This document shows, one piece after another, positions 14,701 through 29,700 of a stretch of 64,000 bases of DNA. Both the position numbers and the translations under genes were made by a program. The stretch is from NCBI GenBank assembly GCA_051362555.1, contig JBPQGU010000016.1:4464001-4528000 (forward strand), in the 5' to 3' direction. The notes under the pieces were generated by a model. The model searched no databases. It had not been told where the DNA came from and saw only the letters and a list, made by a program, of their open reading frames with translations. The first letter of the stretch is position 1; each line of letters starts with the position of its first letter. The DNA is from Lingula anatina. Taxonomy: Eukaryota; Animalia; Brachiopoda.

Positions 14701-17700
14701 TTGCTCTATTTCTTCCTTAATGTTGACACCACCACTCTTCCAGCACTTTATTCTTACTACAAATGACCAAACACACCTACCTGACACTATAATGAAGAAA
14801 AAAAATTTCATCCCTACCTGGCCAAAATTGAAGAAATCTCACAGTGCTGGCACTGTTCAAAATCACTCAAAATCACCAAAAATCGACCCGTCTCCGATTT
14901 TTCCAAAAAGTGACGAAAATCAATCTACCACACCTGTCATTCATAAAAAATGTGGAAACGCGCCCGGGTCACTTCATCAAGGCCCCCAATTCTAGCTTTA
15001 AAGATGATCCAAAAATAAGCTCTGAGAACAGAATCTGAGAGGGGGGGGGGGAGACAGAGTTTTTGCTCTATTTCTTCCTTAATGTTGACACCACCACTCT
15101 TCCAGCACTTTATTCTTACTACAAATGACCGAACACACCTACCTGACACTATAATGAAGAAAAAAAATTTTCATCCCTACCTGGCCAAAATTGAAGAAAT
15201 CTCACAGTGCCGGCACTGTTAAAAACCACTCAAAATCACCAAAAATCGACCCGTCTCCGATTTTTCTAAAAAGTGAGGAAAATCAATCTACCACACCTGT
15301 CATTCATAAAAAATGTGGAAACCCGCCCGGGTCACTTCATCAAGGCCCCCAATTCTAGCTTTAAAGATGATCCAAAAATAAGCTCTGAGATCAGAATCTG
15401 AGAGGGGGGGGGGGGAAGACAGAGTTTTTGCTCTATTTCTTCCTTAATGTTCACACCACCACTCTTCCAGCACTTTATTCTTACTACAAATGACCGAACA
15501 CACCTACCTGACACTATAATGAAGAAAAAAAATTTTCATCCCTACCTGGCCAAAATTGAAGAAATCTCACAGTGCCGGCACTGTTCAAAATCACTCAAAA
15601 TCACCAAAAATCGACCCGTCTCCGATTTTTCCAAAAAGTGACGAAAATCAATCTACCACACCTGTCATTCATAAAAAATGTGGAAACGTGCCCGGGTCAC
15701 TTCATCAAGGCCCCCAATTCTAGCTTTAAAGATGATCCAAAAATAAGCTCTGAGAACAGAATCTGAGAGGGGGGAGGGGGGGGGACAGAGTTTTTGCTTT
15801 ATTTCTTCCTTAATGTTGACACCACCACTCTTCCAGCACTTTATTCTTACTACAAATGACCGAACACACCTACCTGACACTATAATGAAGAAAAAAAATT
15901 TTCATCCCAACCTGGCCAAAACTGAAGAAATCTCACAGTGCCGGCACTGTTCAAAATCACTCAAAATCACCAAAAATCGACCCGTCTCCGATTTTTCCAA
16001 AAAGTGACGAAAATCAATCTACCACACCTGTCATTCATAAAAAATGTGGAAACGCGCCCGGGTCACTTCATCAAGGCCCCCAATTCTAGCTTTAAAGATG
16101 ATCCAAAAATAAGCTCTGAGAACAGAATCTGAGAGGGGGGGGGGACAGAGTTTTTGCTCTATTTCTTCCTTAATGTTGACACCACCACTCTTCCAGCACT
16201 TTATTCTTACTACAAATGACCGAACACACCTACCTGACACTATAATGAAGAAAAAAAATTTTCATCCCTACCTGGCCAAAATTGAAGAAATCTCACAGTG
16301 CCGGCACTGTTCAAAATCACTCAAAATCACCAAAAATCGACCCGTCTCCGATTTTTCCAAAAAGTGACGAAAATCAATCTACCACACCTGTCATTCATAA
16401 AAAATGTGGAAACGCGCCCGGGTCACTTCATCAAGGCCCCCAATTCTAGCTTTAAAGATGATCCAAAAATAAGATCTGAGAACAGAATCTGAGAGGGGGG
16501 GGGGGGGACAGAGTTTTTGCTCTATTTCTTCCTTAATGTTGACACCACCACTCTTCCAGCACTTTATTCTTACTACAAATGACCGAACACACCTACCTGA
16601 CACTATAATGAAGAAAAAAAATTTTCATCCCTACCTGGCCAAAATTGAAGAAATCTCACAGTGCCGGCACTGTTCAAAATCACTCAAAATCACCAAAAAT
16701 CGACCCGTCTCCGATTTTTCCAAAATGTGACGAAAATCAATCTACCACACCTGTCATTCATAAAAAATGTGGAAACGCGCCCAGGTCACTTCATCAAGGC
16801 CACCAATTCTAGCTTTAAAGATGATCCAAAAATAAGCTCTGAGAACAGAATCTGAGAGGGGGGGGGGACAGAGTTTTTGCTCTATTTCTTCCTTAATGTT
16901 GACACCACCACTCTTCCAGCACTTTATTCTTACTACAAATGACTGAACACACCACCTGACACTATAATGAAGAAAAAAAATTTTCATCCCTACCTGGCCA
17001 AAATTGAAGAAATCTCACAGTGCCGGCACTGTTCAAAATCACTCAAAATCACCAAAAATCGACCCGTCTCCGATTTTTCCAAAAAGTGACGAAAATCAAT
17101 CTACCACACCTGTCATTCATAAAAAATGTGGAAACGCGCCCGGGTCACTTCATCAAGGCCCCCAATTCTAGCTTTAAAGATGATCCAAAAATAAGCTCTG
17201 AGAACAGAATCTGAGAGGGGGGGGGGGACAGAGTTTTTGCTCTATTTCTTCCTTAATGTTGACACCACCACTCTTCCAGCACTTTATTCTTACTACAAAT
17301 GACCGAACACACCTACCTGACACTATAATGAAGAAAAAAAATTTTCATCCCTACCTGGCCAAAATTGAAGAAATCTCACAGTGCCGGCACTGTTCAAAAT
17401 CACTCAAAATCACCAAAAATCGACCCGTCTCCGATTTTTCCAAAAAGTGACGAAAATCAATCTACCACACCTGTCATTCATAAAAAATGTGGAAACGCGC
17501 CCGGGTCACTTCATCAAGGCCCCCAATTCTAGCTTTAAAGATGATCCAAAAATAAGCTCTGAGAACAGAATCTGAGAGGGGGGGGGGCAGAGTTTTTGCT
17601 CTATTTCTTCCTTAATGTTGACACCACCACTCTTCCAGCACTTTATTCTTACTACAAATGACCGAACACACCTACCTGACACTATAATGAAGAAAAAAAA

Positions 17701-20700
17701 TTTTCATCCCTACCTGGCCAAAATTGAAGAAATCTCACAGTGCCGGCACTGTTCAAAATCACTCAAAATCACCAAAAATCGACCCGTCTCCGATTTTTCC
17801 AAAAAGTGACGAAAATCAATCTACCACACCTGTCATTCATAAAAAATGTGGAAACGCGCCCGGGTCACTTCATCAAGGCCCCCAATTCTAGCTTTAAAGA
17901 TGATCCAAAAATAAGCTCTGAGAACAGAATCTGAGAGGGGGGGGGACAGAGTTTTTGCTCTATTTCTTCCTTAATGTTGACACCACCACTCTTCCAGCAC
18001 TTTATTCTTACTACAAATGACCGAACACACCTACCTGACACTATAATGAAGAAAAAAAATTTTCATCCCTACCTGGCCAAAATTGAAGAAATCTCACAGT
18101 GCCGGCACTGTTCAAAATCACTCAAAATCACCAAAAATCGACCCGTCTCCGATTTTTCCAAAAAGTGATGAAAATCAATATACCACACCTGTCATTCAAA
18201 AAAAAATGTGGAAACGCGCCCAGGTCACTTCATCAAGGCCCCCAATTCTAGCTTTAAAGATGATCCAAAAATAAGCTCTGAGAACAGAATCTGAGAGGGG
18301 GGGGGGACAGAGTTTTTGCTCTATTTCTTCCTTAATGTTGACACCACCACTCTTCCAGCACTTTATTCTTACTACAAATGACCGAACACACCTACCTGAC
18401 ACTATAATGAAGAAAAAAAATTTTCATCCCTACCTGGCCAAAATTGAAGAAATCTCACAGTGCTGGCACTGTTCAAAATCACTCAAAATCACCAAAAATC
18501 GACCCGTCTCCGATTTTTCCAAAAAGTGACGAAAATCAATCTACCACACCTGTCATTCATAAAAAATGTGGAAACGCGCCCGGGTCACTTCATCAAGGCC
18601 CCCAATTCTAGCTTTAAAGATGATCCAAAAATAAGCTCTGAGAACAGAATCTGAGAGGGGGGGGGGACAGAGTTTTTGCTCTATTTCTTCCTTAATGTTG
18701 ACACCACCACTCTTCCAGCACTTTATTCTTACTACAAATGACCGAACACACCTACCTGACACTATAATGAAGAAAAAAAATTTTCATCCCTACCTGGCCA
18801 AAATTGAAGAAATCTCACAGTGCCGGCACTGTTCAAAATCACTCAAAATCACCAAAAATCGACCCGTCTCCGATTTTTCCAAAAAGTGACGAAAATCAAT
18901 CTACCACACCTGTCATTCATAAAAAATGTGGAAACGCGCCCGGGTCACTTCATCAAGGCCCCCAATTCTAGCTTTAAAGATGATCCAAAAATAAGCTCTG
19001 AGAACAGAATCTGAGAGGGGGGGGGACAGAGTTTTTGCTCTATTTCTTCCTTAATGTTGACACCACCACTCTTCCAGCACTTTATTCTTACTACAAATGA
19101 CCGAACACACCTACCTGACACTATAATGAAGAAAAAAAATTTTCATCCCTACCTGGACAAAATTGAAGAAATCTCACAGTGCTGGCACTGTTCAAAATCA
19201 CTCAAAATCACCAAAAATCGACCCGTCTCCGATTTTTCCAAAAAGTGACGAAAATCAATCTACCACACCTGTCATTCATAAAAAATGTGGAAACGCGCCC
19301 GGGTCACTTCATCAAGGCCCCCAATTCTAGCTTTAAAGATGATCCAAAAATAAGCTCTGAGAACAGAATCTGAGAGGGGGGGGGGACAGAGTTTTTGCTC
19401 TATTTCTTCCTTAATGTTGACACCACCACTCTTCCAGCACTTTATTCTTACTACAAATGACCGAACACACCTACCTGACACTATAATGAAGAAAAAAAAT
19501 TTTCATCCCTACCTGGCCAAAATTGAAGAAATCTCACAGTGCCGGCACTGTTCAAAATCACTCAAAATCACCAAAAATCGACCCGTCTCCGATTTTTCCA
19601 AAAAGTGACGAAAATCAATCTACCACACCTGTCATTCATAAAAAATGTGGAAACGCGCCCGGGTCACTTCATCAAGGCCCCCAATTCTAGCTTTAAAGAT
19701 GATCCAAAAATAAGCTCTGAGAACAGAATCTGAGAGGGGGGGGGACAGAGTTTTTGCTCTATTTCTTCCTTAATGTTGACACCACCACTCTTCCAGCACT
19801 TTATTCTTACTACAAATGACCGAACACACCTACCTGACACTATAATGAAGAAAAAAAATTTTCATCCCTACCTGGCCAAAATTGAAGAAATCTCACAGTG
19901 CCGGCACTGTTCAAAATCACTCAAAATCACCAAAAATCGACCCGTCTCCGATTTTTCCAAAAAGTGACGAAAATCAATCTACCACACCTGTCATTCATAA
20001 AAAATGTGGAAACGCGCCCGGGTCACTTCATCAAGGCCCCCAATTCTAGCTTTAAAGATGATCCAAAAATAAGCTCTGAGAACAGAATCTGAGAGGGGGG
20101 GGGGGGCAGAGTTTTTGCTCTATTTCTTCCTTAATGTTGACACCACCACTCTTCCAGCACTTTATTCTTACTACAAATGACCGAACACACCTACCTGACA
20201 CTATAATGAAGAAAAAAAATTTTCATCCCTACCTGGCCAAAATTGAAGAAATCTCACAGTGCCGGCACTGTTCAAAATCACTCAAAATCACCAAAAATCG
20301 ACCCGTCTCCGATTTTTCCAAAAAGTGACGAAAATCAATCTACCACACCTGTCATTCATAAAAAATGTGGAAACGCGCCCGGGTCACTTCATCAAGGCCC
20401 CCAATTCTAGCTTTAAAGATGATCCAAAAATAAGCTCTGAGAACAGAATCTGAGAGGGGGGGGGGACAGAGTTTTTGCTCTATTTCTTCCTTAATGTTGA
20501 CACCACCACTCTTCCAGCACTTTATTCTAACTACAAATGACCGAACACACCTACCTGACACTATAATGAAGAAAAAAAATTTTCATCCCTACCTGGCCAA
20601 AATTGAAGAAATCTCACAGTGCCGGCACTGTTCAAAATCACTCAAAATCACCAAAAATCGACCCGTCTCCGATTTTTTCAAAAAGTGATGAAAATCAATA

Positions 20701-23700
20701 TACAACACCTGTCATTCAAAAAAAATGTGGAAACGCGCCCGGGTCACTTCATCAAGGCCCCCAATTCTAGCTTTAAAGATGATCCAAAAATAAGCCCTGA
20801 GAACAGAATCTGAGAGGGGGGGGGGGACAGAGTTTTTGCTCTATTTCTTCCTTAATGTTGACACCACCACTCTTCCAGCACTTTATTCTTACTACAAATG
20901 ACCAAACACACCTACCTGACACTATAATGAACAAAAAAAAATTTCATCCCTACCTGGCCAAAATTGAAGAAATCTCACAGTGCTGGCACTGTTCAAAATC
21001 ACTCAAAATCACCAAAAATCGACCCGTCTCCGATTTTTCCAAAAAGTGACGAAAATCAATCTACCACACCTGTCATTCATAAAAAATGTGGAAACGCGCC
21101 CGGGTCACTTCATCAAGGCCCCCAATTCTAGCTTTAAAGATGATCCAAAAATAAGCTCTGAGAACAGAATCTGAGAGGGGGGGGGGGAGACAGAGTTTTT
21201 GCTCTATTTCTTCCTTAATGTTGACACCACCACTCTTCCAGCACTTTATTCTTACTACAAATGACCGAACACACCTACCTGACACTATAATGAAGAAAAA
21301 AAATTTTCATCCCTACCTGGCCAAAATTGAAGAAATCTCACAGTGCCGGCACTGTTCAAAATCACTCAAAATCACCAAAAATCGACCCGTCTCCGATTTT
21401 TCCAAAAAGTGACGAAAATCAATCTACCACACCTGTCATTCATAAAAAATGTGGAAACGCGCCCGGGTCACTTCATCAAGGCCCCCAATTCTAGCTTTAA
21501 AGATGATCCAAAAATAAGCTCTGAGAACAGAATCTGAGAGGGGGGGGGGGGCAGAGTTTTTGCTCTATTTCTTCCTTAATGTTGACACCACCACTCTTCC
21601 AGCACTTTATTCTTACTACAAATGACCGAACACACCTACCTGACACTATAATGAAGAAAAAAAATTTTCATCCCTACCTGGCCAAAATTGAAGAAATCTC
21701 ACAGTGCCGGCACTGTTCAAAATCACTCAAAATCACCAAAAATCGACCCGTCTCCGATTTTTCCAAAAAGTGACGAAAATCAATCTACCACACCTGTCAT
21801 TCATAAAAAATGTGGAAACGCGCCCGGGTCACTTCATCAAGGCCCCCAATTCTAGCTTTAAAGATGATCCAAAAATAAGCTCTGAGAACAGAATCTGAGA
21901 GGGGGGGGGGACAGAGTTTTTGCTCTATTTCTTCCTTAATGTTGACACCACCACTCTTCCAGCACTTTATTCTAACTACAAATGACCGAACACACCTACC
22001 TGACACTATAATGAAGAAAAAAAATTTTCATCCCTACCTGGCCAAAATTGAAGAAATCTCACAGTGCCGGCACTGTTCAAAATCACTCAAAATCACCAAA
22101 AATCGACCCGTCTCCGATTTTTTCAAAAAGTGATGAAAATCAATATACAACACCTGTCATTCAAAAAAAATGTGGAAACGCGCCCGGGTCACTTCATCAA
22201 GGCCCCCAATTCTAGCTTTAAAGATGATCCAAAAATAAGCCCTGAGAACAGAATCTGAGAGGGGGGGGGGGACAGAGTTTTTGCTCTATTTCTTCCTTAA
22301 TGTTGACACCACCACTCTTCCAGCACTTTATTCTTACTACAAATGACCAAACACACCTACCTGACACTATAATGAACAAAAAAAAATTTCATCCCTACCT
22401 GGCCAAAATTGAAGAAATCTCACAGTGCTGGCACTGTTCAAAATCACTCAAAATCACCAAAAATCGACCCGTCTCCGATTTTTCCAAAAAGTGACGAAAA
22501 TCAATCTACCACACCTGTCATTCATAAAAAATGTGGAAACGCGCCCGGGTCACTTCATCAAGGCCCCCAATTCTAGCTTTAAAGATGATCCAAAAATAAG
22601 CTCTGAGAACAGAATCTGAGAGGGGGGGGGGGGAGACAGAGTTTTTGCTCTATTTCTTCCTTAATGTTGACACCACCACTCTTCCAGCACTTTATTCTTA
22701 CTACAAATGACCGAACACACCTACCTGACACTATAATGAAGAAAAAAAATTTTCATCCCTACCTGGCCAAAATTGAAGAAATCTCACAGTGCCGGCACTG
22801 TTCAAAATCACTCAAAATCACCAAAAATCGACCCGTCTCCGATTTTTCCAAAAAGTGACGAAAATCAATCTACCACACCTGTCATTCATAAAAAATGTGG
22901 AAACGTGCCCGGGTCACTTCATCAAGGACCCAATTCTAGCTTTAAAGATGATCCAAAAATAAGCTCTGAGAACAGAATCTGAGAGGGGGGAGGGGGGGGG
23001 ACAGAGTTTTTGCTTTATTTCTTCCTTAATGTTGACACCACCACTCTTCCAGCACTTTATTCTTACTACAAATGACCGAACACACCTACCTGACACTATA
23101 ATGAAGAAAAAAAATTTTCATCCCAACATGGCCAAAACTGAAGAAATCTCACAGTGCCGGCACTGTTCAAAATCACTCAAAATCACCAAAAATCGACCCG
23201 TCTCCGATTTTTCCAAAAAGTGACGAAAATCAATCTACCACACCTGTCATTCATAAAAAATGTGGAAACGCGCCCGGGTCACTTCATCAAGGCCCCCAAT
23301 TCTAGCTTTAAAGATGATCCAAAAATAAGCTCTGAGAACAGAATCTGAGAGGGGGGGGGGGACAGAGTTTTTGCTCTATTTCTTCCTTAATGTTGACACC
23401 ACCACTCTTCCAGCACTTTATTCTTACTACAAATGACCGAACACACCTACCTGACACTATAATGAAGAAAAAAAATTTTCATCCCTACCTGGCCAAAATT
23501 GAAGAAATCTCACAGTGCCGGCACTGTTAAAAATCACTCAAAATCACCAAAAATCGACCCGTCTCCGATTTTTCCAAAAAGTGACGAAAATCAATCTACC
23601 ACACCTGTCATTCATAAAAAATGTGGAAACGCGCCCGGGTCACTTCATCAAGGCCCCCAATTCTAGCTTTAAAGATGATCCAAAAATAAGATCTGAGAAC

Positions 23701-26700
23701 AGAATCTGAGAGGGGGGGGGGGGACAGAGTTTTTGCTCTATTTCTTCCTTAATGTTGACACCACCACTCTTCCAGCACTTTATTCTTACTACAAATGACC
23801 GAACACACCTACCTGACACTATAATGAAGAAAAAAAATTTTCATCCCTACCTGGCCAAAATTGAAGAAATCTCACAGTGCCGGCACTGTTCAAAATCACT
23901 CAAAATCACCAAAAATCGACCCGTCTCCGATTTTTCCAAAATGTGACGAAAATCAATCTACCACACCTGTCATTCATAAAAAATGTGGAAACGCGCCCAG
24001 GTCACTTCATCAAGGCCACCAATTCTAGCTTTAAAGATGATCCAAAAATAAGCTCTGAGAACAGAATCTGAGAGGGGGGGGGGGGGGACAGAGTTTTTGC
24101 TCTATTTCTTCCTTAATGTTGACACCACCACTCTTCCAGCACTTTATTCTTACTACAAATGACTGAACACACCACCTGACACTATAATGAAGAAAAAAAA
24201 TTTTCATCCCTACCTGGCCAAAATTGAAGAAATCTCACAGTGCCGGCACTGTTCAAAATCACTCAAAATCACCAAAAATCGACCCGTCTCCGATTTTTCC
24301 AAAAAGTGACGAAAATCAATCTACCACACCTGTCATTCATAAAAAATGTGGAAACGCGCCCGGGTCACTTCATCAAGGCCCCCAATTCTAGCTTTAAAGA
24401 TGATCCAAAAATAAGCTCTGAGAACAGAATCTGAGAGGGGGGGGGACAGAGTTTTTGCTTTATTTCTTCCTTAATGTTGACACCACCACTCTTCCAGCAC
24501 TTTATTCTTACTACAAATGACCGAACACACCTACCTGACACTATAATGAAGAAAAAAAATTTTCATCCCTACCTGGCCAAAATTGAAGAAATCTCACAGT
24601 GCCGGCACTGTTCAAAATCACTCAAAATCACCAAAAATCGACCCGTCTCCGATTTTTCCAAAAAGTGACGAAAATCAATCTACCACACCTGTCATTCATA
24701 AAAAATGTGGAAACGCGCCCGGGTCACTTCATCAAGGCCCCCAATTCTAGCTTTAAAGATGATCCAAAAATAAGCTCTGAGAACAGAATCTGAGAGGGGG
24801 GGGGGGCAGAGTTTTTGCTCTATTTCTTCCTTAATGTTGACACCACCACTCTTCCAGCACTTTATTCTTACTACAAATGACCGAACACACCTACCTGACA
24901 CTATAATGAAGAAAAAAAATTTTCATCCCTACCTGGCCAAAATTGAAGAAATCTCACAGTGCCGGCACTGTTCAAAATCACTCAAAATCACCAAAAATCG
25001 ACCCGTCTCCGATTTTTCCAAAAAGTGACGAAAATCAATCTACCACACCTGTCATTCATAAAAAATGTGGAAACGCGCCCGGGTCACTTCATCAAGGCCC
25101 CCAATTCTAGCTTTAAAGATGATACAAAAATAAGCTCTGAGAACAGAATCTGAGAGGGGGGGGACAGAGTTTTTGCTCTATTTCTTCCTTAATGTTGACA
25201 CCACCACTCTTCCAGCACTTTATTCTTACTACAAATGACCGAACACACCTACCTGACACTATAATGAAGAAAAAAAATTTTCATCCCTACCTGGCCAAAA
25301 TTGAAGAAATCTCACAGTGCCGGCACTGTTCAAAATCACTCAAAATCACCAAAAATCGACCCGTCTCCGATTTTTCCAAAAAGTGATGAAAATCAATATA
25401 CCACACCTGTCATTCAAAAAAAATGTGGAAACGCGCCCAGGTCACTTCATCAAGGCCCCCAATTCTAGCTTTAAAGATGATCCAAAAATAAGCTCTGAGA
25501 ACAGAATCTGAGAGGGGGGGGGGGACAGAGTTTTTGCTCTATTTCTTCCTTAATGTTGACACCACCACTCTTCCAGCACTTTATTCTTACTACAAATGAC
25601 CGAACACACCTACCTGACACTATAATGAAGAAAAAAAATTTTCATCCCTACCTGGCCAAAATTGAAGAAATCTCACAGTGCTGGCACTGTTCAAAATCAC
25701 TCAAAATCACCAAAATTCGACCCGTCTCCGATTTTTCCAAAAAGTGACGAAAATCAATCTACCACACCTGTCATTCATAAAAAATTTGGAAACGCGCCCG
25801 GGTCACTTCATCAAGGCCCCCAATTCTAGCTTTAAAGATGATCCAAAAATAAGCTCTGAGAACAGAATCTGAGAGGGGGGGGGGGACAGAGTTTTTGCTC
25901 TATTTCTTCCTTAATGTTGACACCACCACTCTTCCAGCACTTTATTCTTACTACAAATGACTGAACACACCACCTGACACTATAATGAAGAAAAAAAATT
26001 TTCATCCCTACCTGGCCAAAATTGAAGAAATCTCAAAGTGCCGGCACTGTTCAAAATCACTCAAAATCACCAAAAATCGACCCGTCTCCGATTTTTCCAA
26101 AAAGTGACGAAAATCAATCTACCACACCTGTCATTCATAAAAAAAGTGGAAACGCGCCCGGGTCACTTCATCAAGGCCCCCAATTCTAGCTTTAAAGATG
26201 ATCCAAAAATAAGCTCTGAGAACAGAATCTGAGAGGGGGGGGGGACAGAGTTTTTGCTCTATTTCTTCCTTAATGTTGACACCACCACTCTTCCAGCACT
26301 TTATTCTTACTACAAATGACCGAACACACCTACCTGACACTATAATGAAGAAAAAAAATTTTCATCCCTACCTGGCCAAAATTGAAGAAATCTCACAGTG
26401 CCGGCACTGTTCAAAATCACTCAAAATCACCAAAAATCGACCCGTCTCCGATTTTTCCAAAAAGTGACGAAAATCAATCTACCACACCTGTCATTCATAA
26501 AAAATGTGGAAACGCGCCCGGGTCACTTCATCAAGGCCCCCAATTCTAGCTTTAAAGATGATCCAAAAATAAGCTCTGAGAACAGAATCTGAGAGGGGGG
26601 GACAGAGTTTTTGCTCTATTTCTTCCTTAATGTTGACACCACCACTCTTCCAGCACTTTATTCTTACTACAAATGACCGAACACACCTACCTGACACTAT

Positions 26701-29700
26701 AATGAAGAAAAAAAATTTTCATCCCTACCTGGCCAAAATTGAAGAAATCTCACAGTGCCGGCACTGTTCAAAATCACTCAAAATCACCAAAAATCGACCC
26801 GTCTCCGATTTTTCCAAAAAGTGATGAAAATCAATATACTACACCTGTCATTCAAAAAAAATGTGGAAACGCGCCCAGGTCACTTCATCAAGGCCCCCAA
26901 TTCTAGCTTTAAAGATGATCCAAAAATAAGCTCTGAGAACAGAATCTGAGAGGGGGGGGGGGGACAGAGTTTTTGCTCTATTTCTTCCTTAATGTTGACA
27001 CCACCACTCTTCCAGCACTTTATTCTTACTACAAATGACCGAACACACCTACCTGACACTATAATGAAGAAAAAAAATTTTCATCCCTACCTGGCCAAAA
27101 TTGAAGAAATCTCACAGTGCTGGCACTGTTCAAAATCACTCAAAATCACCAAAAATCGACCCGTCTCCGATTTTTCCAAAAAGTGACGAAAATCAATCTA
27201 CCACACCTGTCATTCATAAAAAATGTGGAAACGCGCCCGGGTCACTTCATCAAGGCCCCCAATTCTAGCTTTAAAGATGATCCAAAAATAAGCTCTGAGA
27301 ACAGAATCTGAGAGGGGGGGGGGACAGAGTTTTTGCTCTATTTCTTCCTTAATGTTGACACCACCACTCTTCCAGCACTTTATTCTTACTACAAATGACC
27401 GAACACACCTACCTGACACTATAATGAAGAAAAAAAATTTTCATCCCTACCTGGCCAAAATTGAAGAAATCTCACAGTGCCGGCACTGTTCAAAATCACT
27501 CAAAATCACCAAAAATCGACCCGTCTCCGATTTTTCCAAAAAGTGACGAAAATCAATCTACCACACCTGTCATTCATAAAAAATGTGGAAACGCGCCCGG
27601 GTCACTTCATCAAGGCCCCCAATTCTAGCTTTAAAGATGATCCAAAAATAAGCTCTGAGAACAGAATCTGAGAGGGGGGGGGACAGAGTTTTTGCTCTAT
27701 TTCTTCCTTAATGTTGACACCACCACTCTTCCAGCACTTTATTCTTACTACAAATGACCGAACACACCTACCTGACACTATAATGAAGAAAAAAAATTTT
27801 CATCCCTACCTGGCCAAAATTTAAGAAATCTCACAGTGCCGGCACTGTTCACAATCACTCAAAATCACCAAAAATCGACCCGTCTCCGTTTTTTCCAAAA
27901 AGTGACGAAAATCAATCTACCACACCTGTCATTCATAAAAAATGTGGAAACGCGCCCGGAACACTTCATCAAGGCCCCCAATTCTAGCTTTAAAGATGAT
28001 CCAAAAATAAGCTCTGAGAACAGAATCTGAGAGGGGGGGGGGACAGAGTTTTTGCTCTATTTCTTCCTTAATGTTGACACCACCACTCTTCCAGCACTTT
28101 ATTCTTACTACAAATGACCGAACACACCTACCTGACACTATAATGAAGAAAAAAAATTTTCATCCCTACCTGGCCAAAATTGAAGAAATCTCACAGTGCC
28201 GGCACTGTTCAAAATCACTCAAAATCACCAAAAATTGACCAGTCTCCGATTTTTCCAAAAAGTGACGAAAATCAATCTACCACACCTGTCATTCATAAAA
28301 AATGTGGAAACGCGCCCGGGTCACTTCATCAAGGCCCCCAATTCTAGCTTTAAAGATGATCCAAAAATAAGATCTGAGAACAGAATCTGAGAGGGGGGGG
28401 GGACAGAGTTTTTGCTCTATTTCTTCCTTAATGTTGACACCACCACTCTTCCAGCACTTTATTCTTACTACAAATGACCGAACACACCTACCTGACACTA
28501 TAATGAAGAAAAAAAATTTTCATCCCTACCTGGCCAAAATTGAAGAAATCTCACAGTGCCGGCACTGTTCAAAATCACTCAAAATCACCAAAAATCGACC
28601 CGTCTCCGATTTTTCCAAAAAGTGATGAAAATCAATATACCACACCTGTCATTCAAAAAAAATGTGGAAACGCGCCCAGGTCACTTCATCAAGGCCCCCA
28701 ATTCTAGCTTTAAAGATGATCCAAAAATAAGCTCTGAGAACAGAATCTGAGAGGGGGGGGGGAAGACAGAGTTTTTGCTCTATTTCTTCCTTAATGTTGA
28801 CACCACCACTCTTCCAGCACTTTATTCTTACTACAAATGACCGAACACACCTACCTGACACTATAATGAAGAAAAAAAATTTTCATCCCTACCTGGCCAA
28901 AATTGAAGAAATCTCACAGTGCTGGCACTGTTCAAAATCACTCAAAATCACCAAAAATCGACCCGTCTCCGATTTTTCCAAAAAGTGACGAAAATCAATC
29001 TACCACACCTGTCATTCATAAAAAATGTGGAAACGCGCCCGGGTCACTTCCTCAAGGCCCCCAATTCTAGCTTTAAAGATGATCCAAAAATAAGCTCTGA
29101 GAACAGAATCTGAGAGGGGGGGGGGACAGAGTTTTTGCTCTATTTCTTCCTTAATGTTGACACCACCACTCTTCCAGCACTTTATTCTTACTACAAATGA
29201 CCGAACACACCTACCTGACACTATAATGAAGAAAAAAAATTTTCATCCCTACCTGGCCAAAATTGAAGAAATCTCACAGTGCCGGCACTGTTCAAAATCA
29301 CTCAAAATCACCAAAAATCGACCCGTCTCCGATTTTTCCAAAAAGTGACGAAAATCAATCTACCACACCTGTCATTCATAAAAAATGTGGAAACGCGCCC
29401 GGGTCACTTCATCAAGGCCCCCAATTCTAGCTTTAAAGATGATCCAAAAATAAGCTCTGAGAACAGAATCTGAGAGGGGGGGGGACAGAGTTTTTGCTCT
29501 ATTTCTTCCTTAATGTTGACACCACCACTCTTCCAGCACTTTATTCTTACTACAAATGACCGAACACACCTACCTGACACTATAATGAAGAAAAAAAATT
29601 TTCATCCCTACCTGGCCAAAATTTAAGAAATCTCACAGTGCCGGCACTGTTCACAATCACTCAAAATCACCAAAAATCGACCCGTCTCCGTTTTTTCCAA

